This document shows, in pieces, positions 7,289 to 13,917 of a DNA stretch of 13,917 nucleotides. Each line of letters starts with the position of its first letter. The stretch's first letter is position 1. Source of the DNA: Myxococcales bacterium (GTDB taxonomy: Bacteria; Myxococcota_A; UBA9042; JABWCM01; BTVJ01); contig BTVJ01000135.1 of NCBI GenBank assembly GCA_045863395.1, forward strand, positions 1-13,917, read 5' to 3'. Both the position numbers and the translations under genes were made by a program. Below the pieces are notes generated by a model. It did no database searches. It was given only the letters and a program-made list of their open reading frames with translations, and had not been told where the DNA came from.

Positions 7289-8053
7289 ATGACGAACGAG
7301 GCCCTGAGCAGCGAGCCCACCCTGGTCCGGCGGCCCCACACCGCGTACTCCGGGACCCCCTATTTCGACGAGGACCTGCAAGCGCCACAGAGCGCGGCGC
7401 ACCGCATCATGGTGGGCGAGACGGTCCCCATTCTCGCTGCTGTGGCCGCCGAGGCCGGCCTGCTCTTTCTCTCCGATGAGCCCATCTGGTACCTGCACCC
7501 CGAGACCGATGAGCAGAAGGCCTACTACGGGGACTGCGTGCTCGCCCGACCCACCGACGTCACCAGGATCACCGCCGATGACCTCCTCCTGGTCATCGAG
7601 GTCGTGAGCACCAATGACCGGCGCAAGGAGAACAAGGACCGCTGGTTCCAGCGCATGCTGAACGAGTTCAATGGCGTGCCCGAGTTTGGGCTGGCCTATC
7701 CAGACCTCGACGACCCGCGTGCGCTGACGTGGTTCAGGTTCTCCGAAGGGGAGTACGTGGCCCACGACATGGGCCCGGGGGCCAAGGTCAGCTCGGAGGT
7801 GGTCCCAGGGCTCGATCTGCTCGTGCTCCCCCGCGATCAGTGGAGCAATGGCCACAAGATCGACATCTACTATCGTGGGCAGCTTCGCCTCCGGCTCGCC
7901 GAGGTGCGACGTCGCGCCGAGCAGGAGAGGGCGCGCGCCGAGCAGGAGAGGGCGCGCGCCGAGCAGGAGAAGGCGCGCGCCGAGCAGGAGAAGGCGCGCG
8001 CCGACCGCTTGGCGCAGCAGCTTCTAGCCCTTGGTGTCGATCCCGGCACGTAG
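7289..8053 (+). CDS. Divergent Uma2/DUF820 PD-(D/E)XK nuclease-family protein with C-terminal coiled coil (254 aa)
   Basis: PQSAAH, GDCVLA, LLVIEVVS, GVPEF, VSSEVVPGL, and a C-terminal (RAEQE[R/K]A)4..ADRLAQQLLALGVDP tail typical of the family. Confidence 0.78.
   Translation: MTNEALSSEPTLVRRPHTAYSGTPYFDEDLQAPQSAAHRIMVGETVPILAAVAAEAGLLFLSDEPIWYLHPETDEQKAYYGDCVLARPTDVTRITADDLLLVIEVVSTNDRRKENKDRWFQRMLNEFNGVPEFGLAYPDLDDPRALTWFRFSEGEYVAHDMGPGAKVSSEVVPGLDLLVLPRDQWSNGHKIDIYYRGQLRLRLAEVRRRAEQERARAEQERARAEQEKARAEQEKARADRLAQQLLALGVDPGT
7913..8004 (+). repeat. In-frame 21-bp tandem repeat CGCGCCGAGCAGGAGA(G/A)GGCG, 4 full copies plus a partial fifth
   Basis: Units start at 7913, 7934, 7955 and 7976, with a partial unit at 7997. 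Only the AGG/AAG codon differs. Confidence 0.95.
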
Positions 8054-8526
8054 GACGCCGTCGACCGAGCGAGCGGGGTCGACACACTGCGCTGGAGCTC
8101 GGTTACGGCTCCTCCGAGGCCTTCCCCGGACGCTCCGCCGCGAGACGGGCATGACCACCAGCCAGGCGCTGGGTGGCGCCTGAACCGCTGCGTCGGGTCG
8201 TGCTCCGTGAGTGGCGCCCCGGCGGCGCCCCGGGTCCTGTCGCTGCCGGTTTCCACCTTGATGCACCCGCTCGAATGGGCCATCCTACGGCGACGAATGG
8301 CGTTCTCGATGCGGCTCACCCGGTGCGCCTCGGTCTGGATCGCCTCGGCGCCGGCATCCGCCGCGCGTCATCGGGTCTGGAATGGCAGCCTGCCGCTGGA
8401 GTGTGGTTCATGAGCAGCGAGCCGATGGGTCACGGGGCCGCGGGTGCAGCTCCTCGGGACAGTGCGAAGGTTCCGCGGCTTGGGGGTGGCGCCAGGCAAG
8501 GATCCCAACGACCGGCTGGCCGGCTC

Positions 8527-13857
<5,331 letters not shown>

Positions 13858-13860
<3 letters not shown>

Positions 13861-13917
13861 GTGCCGGTGCACAACAACCTGTGCCATTCGGCCCCCGCTG
13901 CATCCCCGCTGGCAGCC
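13858..13917. mobile_element. Partial palindromic MITE-like repeat (left arm), starting TA|GGTGCC...
   Basis: 13858-13881 is a 22/24 inverted match to 90-113. 13904-13914 is an exact inverted match to 57-67. The last 9 nt (CTGGCAGCC) equal nt 1-9. Confidence 0.7.

Noticed and set aside
7913..8004. CRISPR array
   Set aside because: The units are contiguous in-frame tandem repeats with no spacers, and no cas genes are present.
8060..8083. Intrinsic terminator after the Uma2 gene (GTCGACC/GGTCGAC)
   Set aside because: It is a 7-bp stem with a 10-nt loop and no U-tract, too weak to call in DNA this GC-rich.
8383..8397. Sigma54 promoter (TGGCAG...GC) upstream of the giant gene
   Set aside because: GG-to-GC spacing is 9 nt rather than the required 10, and there is no TTGC.

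Overview
Very GC-rich bacterial segment that looks Myxococcota/deltaproteobacterial (inferred from gene content and the Cys-rich repeat protein). Left half, in order: cytoplasmic PAS hybrid sensor kinase (-), stand-alone trpA (-), a divergent SCP2 + alpha-methylacyl-CoA racemase/CoA-transferase III pair (+), a translationally coupled namZ-nadD-DUF2520 operon (-), and a divergent Uma2/DUF820 nuclease-family gene with a 21-bp tandem repeat (+). Right half: one ~5.3-kb gene for a giant Cys-rich lipoprotein (~190 Cys by hand count). It has a Cys-rich N-domain, seven ~70-aa acidic DxDxDG/'CNGxDDDCDG' units, 18 tandem 6-Cys Trp/Arg-ladder repeats (mostly 52 aa) that resemble permuted thrombospondin type-1 repeats, and a small Cys-rich cap. 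The two window ends are complementary halves of one ~160-bp palindromic, TA-flanked MITE-like element. The last 9 nt equal the first 9 nt, and the right-hand copy starts inside the giant gene's TAG stop. No transposase, integrase, RNA gene or CRISPR array was seen.
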